Of a stretch of 64,000 bases of DNA, positions 1 to 13,722 are shown one piece after another. Origin of the DNA: Neovahlkampfia damariscottae. Taxonomy: Eukaryota. The DNA is taken from contig JABLTG010000029.1 of NCBI GenBank assembly GCA_016618085.1, positions 1 through 64,000 of the forward strand, written 5' to 3'. The notes beneath the pieces were generated by a model. It was not told where the DNA came from. It saw only the letters and a program-made list of their open reading frames with translations, and made no database searches. The first letter of the stretch is position 1, and every line of letters starts with the position of its first letter. A program made the position numbers and the translations under genes.

Positions 1-1
1 T

Positions 2-286
2 GTTCAACATTTTTTGTTACAACCAATCAAACTCTCAAATTTTTTTAGTCCAATTAAATTAAAAATTCGAATTGAGGAATGTGGATTATTGAATATTGTC
101 AAAAAACAAAGGAAATTAAACTCATTTAATAAATTTAGTCACCCAAATTTGGAAATCTGTGAAATTCTTTTCAAAAAAGATTCACCTCGTTCAAAAGAAA
201 AAATTAAAAGATATTTAAAAGAAAATAAATTAACAAACAAATATGCTGGCATCCAATATCTTTTGAAATTAATATACCTAAAATAG
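2..286 (+). CDS. 3' end of an unknown protein-coding gene (truncated by window edge)
   Basis: Frame is open from the window start to TAG at 286, with AATAAA downstream near 376. No recognisable motif. Confidence 0.35.
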   Translation, partial: VQHFLLQPIKLSNFFSPIKLKIRIEECGLLNIVKKQRKLNSFNKFSHPNLEICEILFKKDSPRSKEKIKRYLKENKLTNKYAGIQYLLKLIYLK

Positions 287-411
287 TACAATGTTTTGTA
301 TTGTTTATCTTGGTTTTCTCATCTTATTTTCTCTCCTATAATAATTCTGAACATATTTGAATTTTGCACCAATTGAATAAATAAACTATTCTAATTGGTC
401 TTGAAAAATCT

Positions 412-3235
412 TTATTCAATCACAACTTTCCAATTTGTAATTATTGGCAAACTCTTTGTTCTTATGGTCAGAATATTTTCTTTAAACTCAAAATCTAAAT
501 TCATTTCTGATTCAAGTCCAACAGTAGAATCTTTTAATTCAGGAATATTTGCTATAACTTTTGTTGGTGGTTTATCAAACCCAAAAACAACAATTTTTTC
601 AACTACATTCTTCAATTTGAATCCTGATTTTGTCAATGGATGATTTGTTATATTTTCAATAATAGTTGATGATAAAGTTTTTTCAACATCAAATTTACGA
701 TAAGTATATTCACCATTTTTCTTATAATTGAATGAATGACCATCATCAACATATAAATCACCTTCTGCTCTACCTGATGAACTTAATGCAATTTGTAATG
801 TATAAGGATCGTCTCTCATTTGAAATGTTGATTTTCTTACTCTTTTTTTTAATGGAATAACAGTTCCTCCTCGTTGTAAAACTGCTATTTTATTCATTGG
901 TGTATTCATTGTATGTTCTTTGTATGATAAATATTTTTCACCTGTTTCATAATCATACCATGGTTGTCCTGCTGGAATATATACATTTGTTGTTGTTTGT
1001 CCTTCTTGAGTTACAGGTTTAATTAACAAAGCATCTCCAATTAAAAATTGATCTTGCATTGAAAGTGTCTTTTTATCACTTGAAAATTCCATAAATAAAG
1101 GTCTCATGATTGGCCAACCTGTATAACTTGAATGATAAAATAATGTATAATAAAAAGGTAATAAGTTATATCTTCTAACAATTGCAGCACGTATTAATTT
1201 TGTATTTTCAGCTCCAAATAACCAAGGTTCTCTTCTTTTTGTTTGAATTTCTGCATGACCTCTAAAGAATGGATAAAATGCTCCTGTTTGATAAAATCTA
1301 ACAAGTAATTCAGGTGTTGGATCATCAAAGAAACCACCAACATCTGCTCCTACAAATTGTAATCCTGAAATACCTAAAGTTAATAATTGAGCATTTCCTT
1401 TATCTAAATGATCCCATCTGGCTTGATTATCTCCTGTCCAAACAGCTACATATCTTTGTGAACCTGAAAAGAAAGCACGTGAAAGAATAAATGGACGATC
1501 ATTTCCATCTTGTCTATTAACATGTCCTTCATAAACAGCCATACTTTGATAAAAACCATATTGGTTGTGAACTGCTCCATGTTCAACTCCTCCATGATGA
1601 ATAGCATTCTTGTGCATTGTAATTTCAGGACCTGAAAATACACTTGGCTTTAAAAATTAATTCTTTTTTTTTTTTTAAAAACTCACTTCATTCATATCAA
1701 TCCAAGTATATAAATTTTTTGTTGAACCTTGATATTTATCATAAGCATATAAACCACCATACCATTTACGAACATCTGGATTAAAAAAATCTAACCATGA
1801 ACTTGAACCAGGCCAACAATGACCTTCATAATCATTTCCGTCTGAATTTTTAACATAATATCCAAGTCTTGTTGCTTCTTCATGTACATGATATCCTGAA
1901 GCTCTTTTTATATGTGGGTCTGAAATAGTCACCATCTTAAAAAAAAACCGTTATTTTTTTTTTTTATTTTTACTTTTCTTCCATCTCTAGCTACTCTATT
2001 TTGCATATGAATTGGATTTGGAAATTTAAGTGAATCCCATGTAAAATATTTTTTATCATCTGTATGTTCAATATCAAGCCATAAAACATCATATGGAATA
2101 TTATGTTCATTAAATTTACCATTAACCTGTTTTACGTCAGCTTCGTCTTTATAATTCCATCTACATTGATGATATCCAAGTGAAAATAATTGTGGTAAAG
2201 GTGGTGTACCTGTTAAATAAGCATATTGACTGATAACATCTTTTACAGTAGGTCCAGGTAATATAAAAATATCTAATAAACCAGTTTCAGAAACCCATTT
2301 TGAATTAACTCCATTTATCTTTTTTTTTAATTTTTTTTTTAAAATTTCTTACACCACGTTCAATATCAATGAATGTTTCTGATGGATTCATTGAAAATAT
2401 ACCTGATGCACCTTCTGGTCCAATACTCATCAAAAATGGTATGGATCCATATAAACCCATTGGATTATTTAAATCAAATCTAAAAACATCCAAGTTATAT
2501 AATCTATATGGTTCTGTTAGAAATGTTCCTTCTTTGATTGTATCTGGAAGATTAAGATCCATTGCTCTTTCAGGTATACCATAAATATGATCAGCACCTG
2601 CAAAGCTAACATCAAAACGAATAGCTGATTCTCCTTCTATTCAAAAAAAAAAAAATAAATATTTTTCAACTTCTTTTACCGTATTTTCTAGTTTCATTTG
2701 TTTTTGGATCAACTTCTTCACTTTTTGGACGTGATTTATTTTCAATTGTTAAACTACTAAGAGCATTAAAAACAAGTACTTTTTTGTTGTCTTTTAATAG
2801 TGTAGCTCTCCATGGTTTATCGTCAAAATAAAAAATATAATTGTCTGGAAGAGAACCTTGTACATTTGTTTCTTGTTGACCAATTCTTCTTTTTAATGCA
2901 TATTTATCAAGAACATCTTTAACTTCTGTTCTATGTTTTAAAAGTTCTTCCTTTTCAGTTTTTTCTTTTATTTGTAATCTAAATATTCCTTTTTCATAAG
3001 CAAAAACATCAACAAAAAGAGGATCTTTGAATGGATTTTTTTTATCAACTAATTCAAATCTACTTTGAAAAGTATCCATAATTCCGTTCTTTGAATTTCG
3101 GTCATTTGTATAGAAAGACTGTTCTGTAGTTCTTAATCTTTTACAAAATGATTTTTGTTCACATTTTTCAAATTTTGCCGCGTCAAAAGAGACAACAGAG
3201 TAAATTATGAAAAATAAAAGAATAACAATTTTCAT
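412..3235 (-). CDS. GANAB: Glucosidase II alpha subunit (GH31), 5 exons
   Basis: Signal peptide [21 protein letters not shown]; catalytic WIDMNE|PSVF joined across intron 1648-1686; WTGDN; FFRGHA; RREPW. Other GT-AG introns at 1936-1973, 2319-2352 and ~2637-2699. Confidence 0.93.
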
Positions 3236-3313
3236 TCTTCAACAAACAACTGTAAACAAATTATTGGTCGGTTTTTTTTCAACCAATAAAATCAATATCG
3301 GAAAATTTAAAAC
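3236..3313. promoter_or_regulatory. 78-bp bidirectional promoter with back-to-back CCAAT boxes
   Basis: ATTGG at 3263-3267 and CCAAT at 3283-3287, each about 26-27 nt upstream of, and in sense with, one of the two divergent ATGs. Confidence 0.6.
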
Positions 3314-3712
3314 ATGAACAGAATAACAAAAAATTTGACGTTAAACAAAAAACAATTTTATTCAACAAAAACTAATAATATTCAGGCCAGTATATTTAAT
3401 CCAACAAAACTATTATTTATACTAGGAGGTGTTTGGACCACTGGTTTATATGTTAGTCAATCCGTTTGGTATGATAAAGAATTAAGTGAAGAAGAAAAAA
3501 AATTAGAAGAAAACAGTACATTATTTAAAGCTACAAAAACAAGATTTATCAGATTATGGAATGAAGAATTAAAATTTGTAAGTCAAAGATTTAATGAAGA
3601 AATAAAAATAAAAAATGAAAGAGAAAAATACATTTTAAAAAATCATTTAAATGAAGAAATCAAAATAGAAGTTGGTGAAAATACAAAAATAAAAAATATT
3701 TCAACTAAATAA
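3314..3712 (+). CDS. Small single-TM protein, probably mitochondrial
   Basis: Basic, acid-free N-terminus ending KKQFYS (presequence-like); one hydrophobic helix LLFILGGVWTTGLYV; CCAAT upstream; stop lies within AATAAA. Confidence 0.6.
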   Translation: MNRITKNLTLNKKQFYSTKTNNIQASIFNPTKLLFILGGVWTTGLYVSQSVWYDKELSEEEKKLEENSTLFKATKTRFIRLWNEELKFVSQRFNEEIKIKNEREKYILKNHLNEEIKIEVGENTKIKNISTK

Positions 3713-3858
3713 ATATTTTTTTTTAGAAACTCAAATTTAAAGAGTATATTGATATTGGAGTAGATTGTTAAGTCAAAAGTGTTTATAAGGGTTTAAATTC
3801 AAGTTTGATTTCGTTTAAGTTTTGAACAGTTTCATTGGTCAATTGTTTCAAAAACAAA

Positions 3859-6005
3859 ATGGACACAGGAAAGTATCAACTTTCAAAAGAAGAAAAGAAA
3901 AGAGTAAAAAAATATTTAGAAGAAAAAGAAGAAAAAAAAAAACAATATGAAGAAGAAATTAAACAAGAAAAAAGAAAATTTGGAAAAGAATTAAAAAAGC
4001 AAAAACAACTTTATGAAAAACCAGAAAAAGATGAAAAAAAGAAACTTGAAAAATATCAAAGAAAAATACATAATATAGAACCACAAGAACAAACAGTCTA
4101 TCAAGTCAAACAAAAAAGAATAAATAAACATGAAAATGTTTTAAAAGCTAAATGGGGTTCTACTTCAAAACATAAAGCAGAAAAAAGATTAACAGAAACC
4201 GAAATTTTAAGAGAATCATCAACTGTACAAGGTGGTATTTCTATTGAAGATGATGATGTTTTTTCATCGACAAATCAAATCAAACAAGAAGACATTGTAA
4301 AAAATGTTGACATAAATTCACAAAAAAAAATATTTGATATTGAATTATCAAATACAGGACCATATAAAATTAAATATAATACTTCAGGAAGACATGTTTT
4401 ATTAGGTGGTAGAAATGGTCACGTTGCTTCAGTACAATGGAGAAATTTCAAATTAATTCATGAACAAAATGTAAATGAAAAAATAAGAGATATTTGTTGG
4501 ATGATGGATGATTCAATGTACGCAGTTGCTCAAAATAAATATACTTATGTATATGATGAAAATGGTTCAGAGTTACATCGTTGTGCTGATTTTGATAAAG
4601 TTACAATGATTGATTACTTACAACAGCACTTTTTATTAACAGGATGTGTAAGTTTATTTCAGTTTTATTAATCTTATTCTCTCAGACAAAAAAAGGAAGA
4701 ATAATTTACAAAGATATTTCATTAGGAAAGAATGTAGCAAATATTAAAGTTGGTTTAGATACAACTTGTATGATTCAAAATCCTTATAATGCTGTCATGT
4801 GTTTAGGTCATTTAAATGGAAGTGTTTCAATGGTCACTCCAAGAGATGAAAATTTAAAACCTGTTGTTTCAATGTTTTGTCATGATTCACCAATTTCAAA
4901 TGTTATTGTTGATAAAACTGGAAAATATTTAGTTACTACTTCTGTTGATCATTCTATTAAAGTTTGGGATATTAGAAAAACTTATCAACCAATCCAAGAC
5001 GTTAAATTTAATGAAACAGTACAATGTATGGATATTTCACAAAAAGGTGTTTTAGCAATTGGTACAAAAGATGAAGTTAAAATATGGGGTAAAGTTGATG
5101 ATTTAAAAAAAGGTTTGAAAAATTCACATTTTTTTTTTTAACACAACTTTTTAGAGTCTTATTTAAATATTAAATTACCATTAAAAGCTTATGCAACTTC
5201 ATTACAATTTTGTCCTTATGAAGATGTTCTTGGAATTGGACACTCAAGAGGAATGTCAAGTGCATTAGTTCCAGGATGTGGAGAATCAACATTTGATTCA
5301 AAAGTACCAAATCCATACTCTGGTTATAAAAATATTGCTGATTGGAATGTTAGAACTTTACTTGAAAAAATACCATTTGATATGATAAATTTAGATCCAA
5401 CTGTAATTGGTACTACAGGAGAAAGACGTGATGATTTTAAATATGATCAAAATGTTCAACTTGATGATAAATTAAAGTCAAAATTAGAGTCTTTGGGTAT
5501 TACACAAAAAGTTGAAAGAAAAAAAATTACATCAAGGGAAGAATTAACAAAACATCTTGAAGAACAACATGAAGTAAATTTTAACATTTTTAACATTTTT
5601 AAAAAGAAAATTAAAGAAAATCAAATTGGAAAAGAATGGTGGACAAAAAAAGGAACAAATGCTTTGGATAGATTTGCTTCTGGTAAACAAATGAGACCAG
5701 TGAACGAAGAAGAAGAAGATGAAACTGAAGAAGAAGAAGAAGAAGAAGAAGAAGTAGACCAAAATGTTCAACTTCCTGAAGAAGAAATAATAGAAAATGA
5801 TGAATTTTCGAGTGATTCAGATGAAGAAGTTATGAAAAATAAAAAATCACTTTACGGAGGAGATGTTAGTGATTCAGAAGAGGAACAAGAAGAGGAAGAA
5901 GGAAATAGAAAAAGAAATCATCAACAAATGTATGATTATGAAACGGAATCAGAGGAAGAAGAAGAAATAAAAGAAATACCAACATATAAAAAAATTAAAA
6001 AATAA
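3859..6005 (+). CDS. UTP7: U3 snoRNP/SSU processome WD40 protein with BING4CT domain
   Basis: GPYKIKYNTSGRHVLLGGRNGHVA, AVAQNKYTYVYD, QNPYNAVMCLGH, FCPYEDVLGIGH, LVPGCGE and VRTLLEKIP are characteristic of Utp7/WDR46. Introns 4648-4685, 5113-5154 and probably in-frame 5574-5606. Confidence 0.92.
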
Positions 6006-6128
6006 ATTTTTAACGATTTTTTTTTAACAATCTATTTTTAGAACGGTTAATGAACCAATAAATTTGCAATTTAAACTTAGTTGACCAATAGGGAGATTAT
6101 CTCAAAACAAAAAAAACAAACAGACACA

Positions 6129-7749
6129 ATGAACAACATGCTCGGATTACCAATTTCTGTAATGACAGATTCATATAAAGCTGGTCACTTTGCACAATAT
6201 CCAGAATCATTAAAAATGGTAATTTGTTTCTTTGAATATTAAATACTTTTTAGGTAGCTTATGGAGAATTTAGAAAACCATATAAAGGATTAGAAAGTGA
6301 TGAAAGACTTGTTTTTTATGGAATGCGTTATTTTGTTGAAACATACCTTTACAAACAATGGACACTTGAAGATGTAGACGCAGCTGATAAATTTTATAAA
6401 ACTCATAATGCAGGAAATACACCATTCCCATGTAAGTTAAAATAGAGAAAATTCTTACTTTTTTTTTATAAAAAGACCCAAAAGATTTATTCGAAAAATT
6501 TGTTAAAGAAAATAATGGATATTTTCCAGTACGTTTAGAAGCATTACCAGAAGGAAGTTGTATTTATCCACATATTCCAGTTTATGTTATTACAGCTGAA
6601 AAAGAATACAGTAGACTCTGTACTTTTTTAGAAACACTTTTAACACAAGTTTGGTATCCAACAACAGTTTGTACACTTTCAAGAAAATCCAAACAAATTA
6701 TTTCAGATTATTTTGATAAAACATGTGATGAAGATGCAATGTGGAAACTTCCATCAAGATTACATGATTTTGGTTTTAGAGGATGTTCAGGTTTAGAACA
6801 AAGTGTTCTTGGAGGATGTGCTCATTTATTAAATTTTGAAGGTTCAGATACAATGTCAGCTGGATATTATGCTCAATATAAATTAAATAATGGAAAACCT
6901 GTTGCAACATCAATTCCAGCAACTGAACATTCAGTTATGACTTCATGGAGAAATGAAACTGAAGCTATTGAAAATATGATTGAACATTTTGGAAATGGTG
7001 TATTTGCTTGTGTTATGGATTCTTATGATTATTCATATGCTTTATCAAATATTTTACCAACTATTAAAGATAAAAAGAATGAAAAAGGTGGATGGATGGT
7101 TGTAAGACCTGATTCAGGAGATCCAGTTGAATCTGTTTTAATGGGTTTAGAAGCATGTGCAAAAGTATTTGGAACTGTTAAAAACAAAAAAGGTTATTTA
7201 GTTATTCAAGGTGCTTCTGTTATTCAAGGAGATGGAATTAATGTTCATACTATTAAAGATATTTTAGAAGCTGCAGAAAAAAAAGGTTTTGCTGCTGAAA
7301 ATATGGCATTTGGAATGGGTGCAGGTTTACTTCAAAAACTTAATAGAGATACAATGTCATTCGCAACAAAATTATGTTATATTCAATATGCTGATGGAAG
7401 TGAAAGAGATGTTATGAAAATGCCTTTGACAGATTTAACAAAATTCTCACTTCCTGGTCTTTTAAAAGTTGAAAAAGATAAAAATGGTGTACCTCAAGTT
7501 CATGTTGGTTCTGAAAAAGATGTTGGTTCAAAAAATAATATGCTTGAAGTAGTTTATGATAAAAAACCTGTTGGATATAAATTTGAATGTTTTGATGATG
7601 TTAGAAAAAGAGTTGAAACTGAATGGAAATCAATTCCAAAACAATTCAATGCAATTGGTGATGATTTACAAAAAAAAATTGATGCAAGAAAAGAAGAAGG
7701 AAAAAAACAAAAAGAAGAATTAGATGCTTTAAAAAAACAACAAAAATAA
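6129..7749 (+). CDS. NAMPT: Nicotinamide phosphoribosyltransferase
   Basis: TDSYK, LHDFGFRG, SIPATEHS, VRPDSGDP, IQGDG, FGMGAGLLQKLNRDT. Introns 6219-6253 and 6432-6475. Confidence 0.9.
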
Positions 7750-7755
7750 ATTATT

Positions 7756-10607
7756 TTAAACTTGATAATTTTCCAATTCTGATAATTGATTCTTGATTAT
7801 TGATGCTTTTTTTTGTAAAAATTTCTTTGCATTATCAATTATTTTCTCAGCAGTCCTTTTTGGATTTGGTCCTAATTTTGATCCTAACTTTGAAACAATT
7901 TTTGAAGGTTTTGATTTTGCAAGAATCATTGGATCTTTAAATCCATAATTTAATAATAATCTTGCACGAATTGGACCAACACCATCAATTTCAATTAATT
8001 CCAATGCATCTGATTTAACTCCAAATTCTAATCTTTTTGAATATTGTGATAAAATTGATTGTAATAAATTCCAATTCATTCTTTCACAAAATTTTAACAT
8101 CATTCCTGCAAACATTCCACTTGATTGCATTAAACTTTGTAAAACTCCACGATTCACTTGATATTTTTGTTCTACTTCCCATAAACCTTTTTCATTCACT
8201 AAATCATATAAAATTAAAGAATAAAAGAATCTCTTTGCAATTAATTCTTTCTCTTCATCTTCTTTATTTGTTATAATTCTTCCTCTACTCATTGATTTTT
8301 GTACTAATAGTTTATTTGAAATACCAATAGATTGAGCAATTTTATGTCTTTCTGGGCTTAATAAATTATAAATATTTGATAAAATATTCCAATTTGGTTC
8401 TGTTTGAATACCAATTGGAGTTAATAGATAACATAAATGAAGTTCATCACTTAATATTATTCCTTGTTGCTGACATCTTGTCAATTCTTGACTTACAAAA
8501 ATAGCTTCTGACATTGAAAATGAACTTTTAAATGTTGCTAAACCAAAAGGTGTAGTTTCATATTCATATTTAATTTCTTCTCTTGGTTGTGAATCAAATA
8601 AAAGTTGTTGTGAATTATCATGATCAGATAATTGTGAATCAATTTTTTGTGAATCCAATTGAGATTCCAATTGTGAATTTGGTAGTACTTTTCTTTTTTG
8701 AATAAAATTTTTTTCAACTAAAAAATAAAATTCTTCTTTGAATTGATCAACTAATTTAACATCTTTTGTTTGAATAAAATTAAAAGTAGTTTCTGAAATT
8801 TCTTTGAAATCTTCAATATTGATACCACATGATACAAAATCTAAAACTAATTTTTGAATACCATTTTTGTTCAATTGACTTTTTGTTTTTTCTAATTCTT
8901 CTTGAACTAATTTCATACCTTTTTCATTTTCTTTATTTCTTTTGGTTAACATTAAAAATGATTCTCCATATTCATCAATACCCGCTCTACCTGCTCTTCC
9001 ACTCATTTGTAAATATCTTGATTTTGTTAAGAATTGAGTTCCAATATAAGGAGAACGAAAAATACTAAAAATTCTTATTAGTAATTCATTCACATACACT
9101 CTTTTTGCAGGTAAATTGACACCAGCTGCTAATGTTGAAGTCGCTGCTAAAATACATAAAACTTTCTTTCTATAAGCATCTTCAATTAAAGATTTTTCTT
9201 CAATTGTTAATCCACTATGATGAAAAGCAACTCCAAAAGGAATACATTTTTTTAAAGTTTCATCTATAGATAATGATTGATTACTTGTTTTTAAATTTTG
9301 AATCAATTCATCTTTTTCTGATTTCTAAACATGTTAAAAATATATCAAATGGTATTACATTGATATTCAATAAATCAATTGAAAGTAAATTACTCAATTG
9401 AATAGCTGTCCCTTCACAACCTTTCTTTGAGGAACAAAAAATTAATACAGATCCATCAGGGACAATCTAAAAAAATAAAAAAAAAAATTCTAATTTTACT
9501 TCTTCACATAATTGTAAAATATTATCTGGATCTTTTTTATTTGGAGTTTTTAATTGTCTCAATAATTTTCCTTCTACATCAAAAATTTCATTATCAATTT
9601 TCAAATATTCAGTTAATGGAACAGGACGAAATGTAGAAACATACAAAATTGCATTCAACCAATTTGATAAATCTTCAATATTTGGAATAGTTGCAGACAT
9701 ACCAATAATTTGAATATTTTCTTTCTTTGAATAAAATAATAATTTAGTTAATAAAGATTCTAAAATTTGACCTCTGTCACCTGTTTCTCCAATCATGTGA
9801 CTTTAAAAACCATTAGAAGAAATAGTTTTGTTCAAACAGTTCATCAATAACAACACAACCCAATTCATTCAATTGATTTTCTGTTATTAAGCTATTTATT
9901 ATACTATTTGCTTTTTCAATTGTAGCACAACATAAAATATTTCCTTTTGGAAGTGGTAAAGATCCTTGACTTCCAAAATATGGTTCGACTTGAAACCCAA
10001 GTTCATCTCCAAATAATTCAAGTTGAACTCTTTTCTCTTCTACAAGTGAAACTAAAAATTAAAACAAAATTGTAACAAACCATATGGAACAATAAAAAGT
10101 ACTTTTTTTTGTTTGACTATTAAATTTCTCATCATTAAGATTTCAGCAACTAATGTTTTTCCTCCTGAAGTTGGTAAAGAGTAAATTAAATTTGTTCCAT
10201 CAGCTAATCTCTCATCGTTCAAAACTTCATATTGCCAATCATAAAAATTTTGAAATTTACGATATTCCTTTAAAAGTGTTCTATAAAGTGGTGGTAATTC
10301 AAATAATCCTTCTAAAATTTCAAGACGGTCCTTTTTTTTATTGAATTAATTATTTTTTTTTTACTTCGTTATCAGATTCATCAAATTCTTCAAAATCCTC
10401 TTCAAAGTGCTCTTGCTCTTCTTCTACACCCATAAAAGGATCAAATTCTTCTTGGTCGTGACTTGGAAATATTTCCTGGGATTCAGTGGGTGTTTTTGAT
10501 CTTAAGTCTTTTAGAATTTCTTCAAAGTTTTCAATTTCCTTTCTCTTTTTTGAAAATTTGTTCGTTTTTTGGTTATTTATTTTTCTCTTGTTCATCAAAC
10601 TCTCCAT
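7756..10607 (-). CDS. HELQ: Ski2-like 3'-5' DNA helicase HELQ/HEL308, 7 exons
   Basis: YDWQ, LPTSGGKTLVAEI, IDELHMIGE, GMSAT, STLAAGVNLPA, QMSGRAGR and a C-terminal HhH (IDGVGPIRAR); no polymerase domain. Introns 10331-10364, 10052-10080, 9801-9837, 9467-9499, 9325-9358, 9065-9097. Confidence 0.88.
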
Positions 10608-10656
10608 TGAACTAAATTCGTTTCATGAAAGGAAAATGAAATGATTGGATAAAATT

Positions 10657-11457
10657 TTATTCATCTTCTAATCCTTCTTCATCTGTAACATAATGACTTG
10701 TATAATCAACATCACTCCAATCAGCATCATCACTCTTTATAATTTCTGCTTGAGCTAATCCAGATAATGGAAGACTTTTTGGTAATACAACTTTAAATCT
10801 ATGATCCGGATGTATGATTAAAGCATTTAAAAAAAATTTTTCAAAGCAAGACATAAAATTATTTTGAACTGAATCACAATACTTTTCAGTTTGAAGTTTT
10901 GTATCAACATTTTGACCTTTAAAAAAATAACTTAAAATATTTGCTTCTTCTTCAGATTTTTTTCTTTCAAAACATTCATTTGATAACTTGTGTAACTCAG
11001 TACATGATGTTCTAATTACGCATCCAAAAATTTTTTGTTTTAATTCACTACATTCCGTTTGTTCAGGTTTACCTAAACAATTCATTTTTTTTGCTTTGTT
11101 TATTAATAATTCACAATTATTTTGAACTGCTTGAGTTTTTATGATTCCAAAATTATCTTGTGAAACTAGACTATTCAATTCAACTAAACCTTTTCTTTTT
11201 AAATTTTCAAAAGATCTTGGACATTTGGTTATATTTCCATCATTTCTTTTTATACAGTCTGTAAAACTTGTTCTAATTTCTTTTGGTACCAATGGTATAA
11301 GAAGACAAGCGTGAAATTTTTGAACTTCAGGTTTTTTTGAAGTTGAGTTATTTGACAAATCATCAACAAGAGAATTAGTTTTTTCTGTATATTCTAGACT
11401 TTCTCTCAATGTTTTCCAACACCTTTTGCGGTAACCTTCATATAAAAAATCAGTCAT
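10657..11457 (-). CDS. Cys-rich protein with several CX9C motifs (CHCH-like)
   Basis: Intronless 266-aa ORF with CSELKQKIFGC, CTELHKLSNEC and CDSVQNNFMSC; stop lies in AATAAA. Confidence 0.65.
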   Translation of the reverse strand: MTDFLYEGYRKRCWKTLRESLEYTEKTNSLVDDLSNNSTSKKPEVQKFHACLLIPLVPKEIRTSFTDCIKRNDGNITKCPRSFENLKRKGLVELNSLVSQDNFGIIKTQAVQNNCELLINKAKKMNCLGKPEQTECSELKQKIFGCVIRTSCTELHKLSNECFERKKSEEEANILSYFFKGQNVDTKLQTEKYCDSVQNNFMSCFEKFFLNALIIHPDHRFKVVLPKSLPLSGLAQAEIIKSDDADWSDVDYTSHYVTDEEGLEDE

Positions 11458-11497
11458 TTTGATTGGACGGTTTTACTTCAAGAAAATTAAATTTTAT

Positions 11498-12812
11498 TTA
11501 TGAAAAAATTCTTGCCATTTTGGAAATATTTGTCACTTTTGTGTTTTGTTGTTTCAAAATTTCACCATCAACAGCGAATCTACTTTTTCCATTTTCAATT
11601 TCGTAATTGATCTCTTTCACTTTCCAATACTCCAAAAGTTCATGTTCAATATGATTTGCATTATCAATTTCTAAAAATGCAATTAACATTTTCCATCTTG
11701 ACCAACTTCCTCTAACCACTTGAAAATCAATTAAACCATCATCTTGTTTTGCAAATGGAGATGTTCTCATATCATCTGTAATCCAAGGTAAATTAGTGGC
11801 TAATGTATAAATAAATTCATCTTCTAAAACTATAATTTCATCATTATGAGTTTTCAAAGTTATTTTCATTTTATACAATCTTTTTATGATCAACAAGTAC
11901 AAAACATAAAGAGCGAATCTTACTCCTCCTAAAAATCTCAACCATTCAGATTCAATATCAGAATCACTGACAATACCAAAAGCTACTATAAATTATTCTT
12001 TTAAAAACTTGAATTTTTTTACCAATTAAAAATGCATAGGTAGTTTTATCTTTTTGTTCAACTTTGAATAAATCAATAGAAGAAATGTTTCCATGAATTA
12101 TTTTTAATGCAGATTCTTCTGGTGTATCAAATCCCATACTTTTAGCTAAACCATTTCCACTTCCGCATGGAATTATTCCCAAAGGTATTTTAATAACCTT
12201 TTCAGAATCTTTTCTTGACATCAATCCATTAACTATTTCATTTAATGTTCCATCACCAGAAACACAAATAATTCCAGAATACTCTGAAATATCCATTTTT
12301 TTAATCAATTCTTCCGCTTGATATCTTTTTTTTGTATAAATGGTTGATAATTTTATTCCAACTTTTTTGAATAAAACTGAAATCTTTTCATAAACTTCTT
12401 TTGATTTTTTGATTCCAGAAACAGGATTTACAAAAACTAATAAGTGTTTTGGTGGATTTATTTTGATTTCTTTTTTTATTAATTTGTTCAGGTGATGAGC
12501 ATTTTTCATTGAAAATTCAAAAGTTTTCAAGTGAGTCGTAATCATCAAGGTTTGGTCATTTTTAATTTCTGAATGGATAATATGTTGTAAAGGTATATTA
12601 TGATACCATTGAGGATTCGATTTTGATGAAAAGTATAAATTATTTTTGGTAAAAACGATTGAGGTATTATTTTCGATTTTTGATTGAAAAATTGTGTTTT
12701 GGTGAATAAAAGATAATTTATGAACCTTCTGATGTTTTTTTTTATTTGAAAATAAATATATGCACAACAAAATTACAAAAACAAAAAACAATGACCACAA
12801 CCAAAACGACAT
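11498..12812 (-). CDS. Sphingosine/ceramide kinase (DAGK catalytic domain) with N-terminal TM anchor
   Basis: FVNPVSG, VSGDGTLNEIVNGL, IPCGSGNGLA, DIESEWLRFLGGVRF (joined over intron 11986-12022), VDGE. Confidence 0.88.
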
Positions 12813-12865
12813 TGAATAAAAACTTGATGATTGGATGTGATTAATTTGTCCAATCAATTAACATC
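12813..12865. promoter_or_regulatory. 53-bp bidirectional promoter with divergent CCAAT boxes
   Basis: ATTGG at 12830-12834 and CCAAT at 12850-12854 between ATGs at 12812(-) and 12866(+). Confidence 0.6.
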
Positions 12866-13722
12866 ATGTCTGAAAAACCAAAATTGAGCAAAGAAGAAAA
12901 GAAACTTTTAAATCAACAAAAAAAAGAGCAAGAAAAACTACAAAAGAAATTAAAGAAACAAAAAGAAATGGAAAAAAGTGAAGAAAAAAAAAAGTTACAA
13001 GATCCAAAATATTTAAAAACTGTAAAAAAAAAAAAAAAAAATTAAATTTAAAGAAACATTTACAAACATTGACAGTACAAGAAAGTTTATGTTTAGAAAA
13101 ATTAAAAAAAATTCAAGAAGAAATTTCTAAAGCTGATTTTCAATTGGAACAAGAACAAAAAACAAATGAAAAAGAATTAGAAGTTGAAATAAAACCATAT
13201 ATTAAAGAAATCAATGATTTAATGAAAAGTGATGTTAAAAATTATTGGTTGATAATTTTAAAGAATTCATCCATTTTTAGCGAATTAAATGAAAGAGATG
13301 AAGAATGTTTAAAAAATTTAATGAATATAACTATAAATGAATATGAAGATGAAAAATATGACGGATTTAAATTGAATTTTCATTTTTCTGAAAATGAATT
13401 CTTCGCAAATGATATTTTGACAAAATCATTTTTAAAATTAAAAGAGAAAAAATCAAATGATTCATTGAAACCAAAAGGAATGAAAATTGATTGGAAATTA
13501 AAAAAAGAATTAAATTTGAAGTATGGAAAATCAAAAAAAATAATGCCAAAACCATGTGATAGTTTTTTCAATTTTTTTAATGAAAAACAAAAACAAGAAC
13601 AAAATTTTATTGACTTGGACATTTTTGAAGTTATTAAAGAAGAATTAATACCGAATGCTTTGAAATATTATTTAGGTACAGAAGAACCAATTGATATTTT
13701 ATCAAATGAATATGAAGATTAA
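12866..13722 (+). CDS. Nucleosome assembly protein (NAP1/SET family)
   Basis: NYWLIILKN, DEECLKNL, FKLNFHFSENEFFANDILTK, IDWK, SFFNFF, IPNALKYY. Intron 13022-13053 joins a basic first exon in frame. Confidence 0.87.

Noticed and set aside
5708..5753. (GAA)n microsatellites here and near 51335-51360
   Set aside because: They encode poly-Glu tracts in acidic protein regions.
7756..10607. DNA polymerase theta
   Set aside because: The helicase ends after the HhH region with no family A polymerase domain, which fits HELQ.
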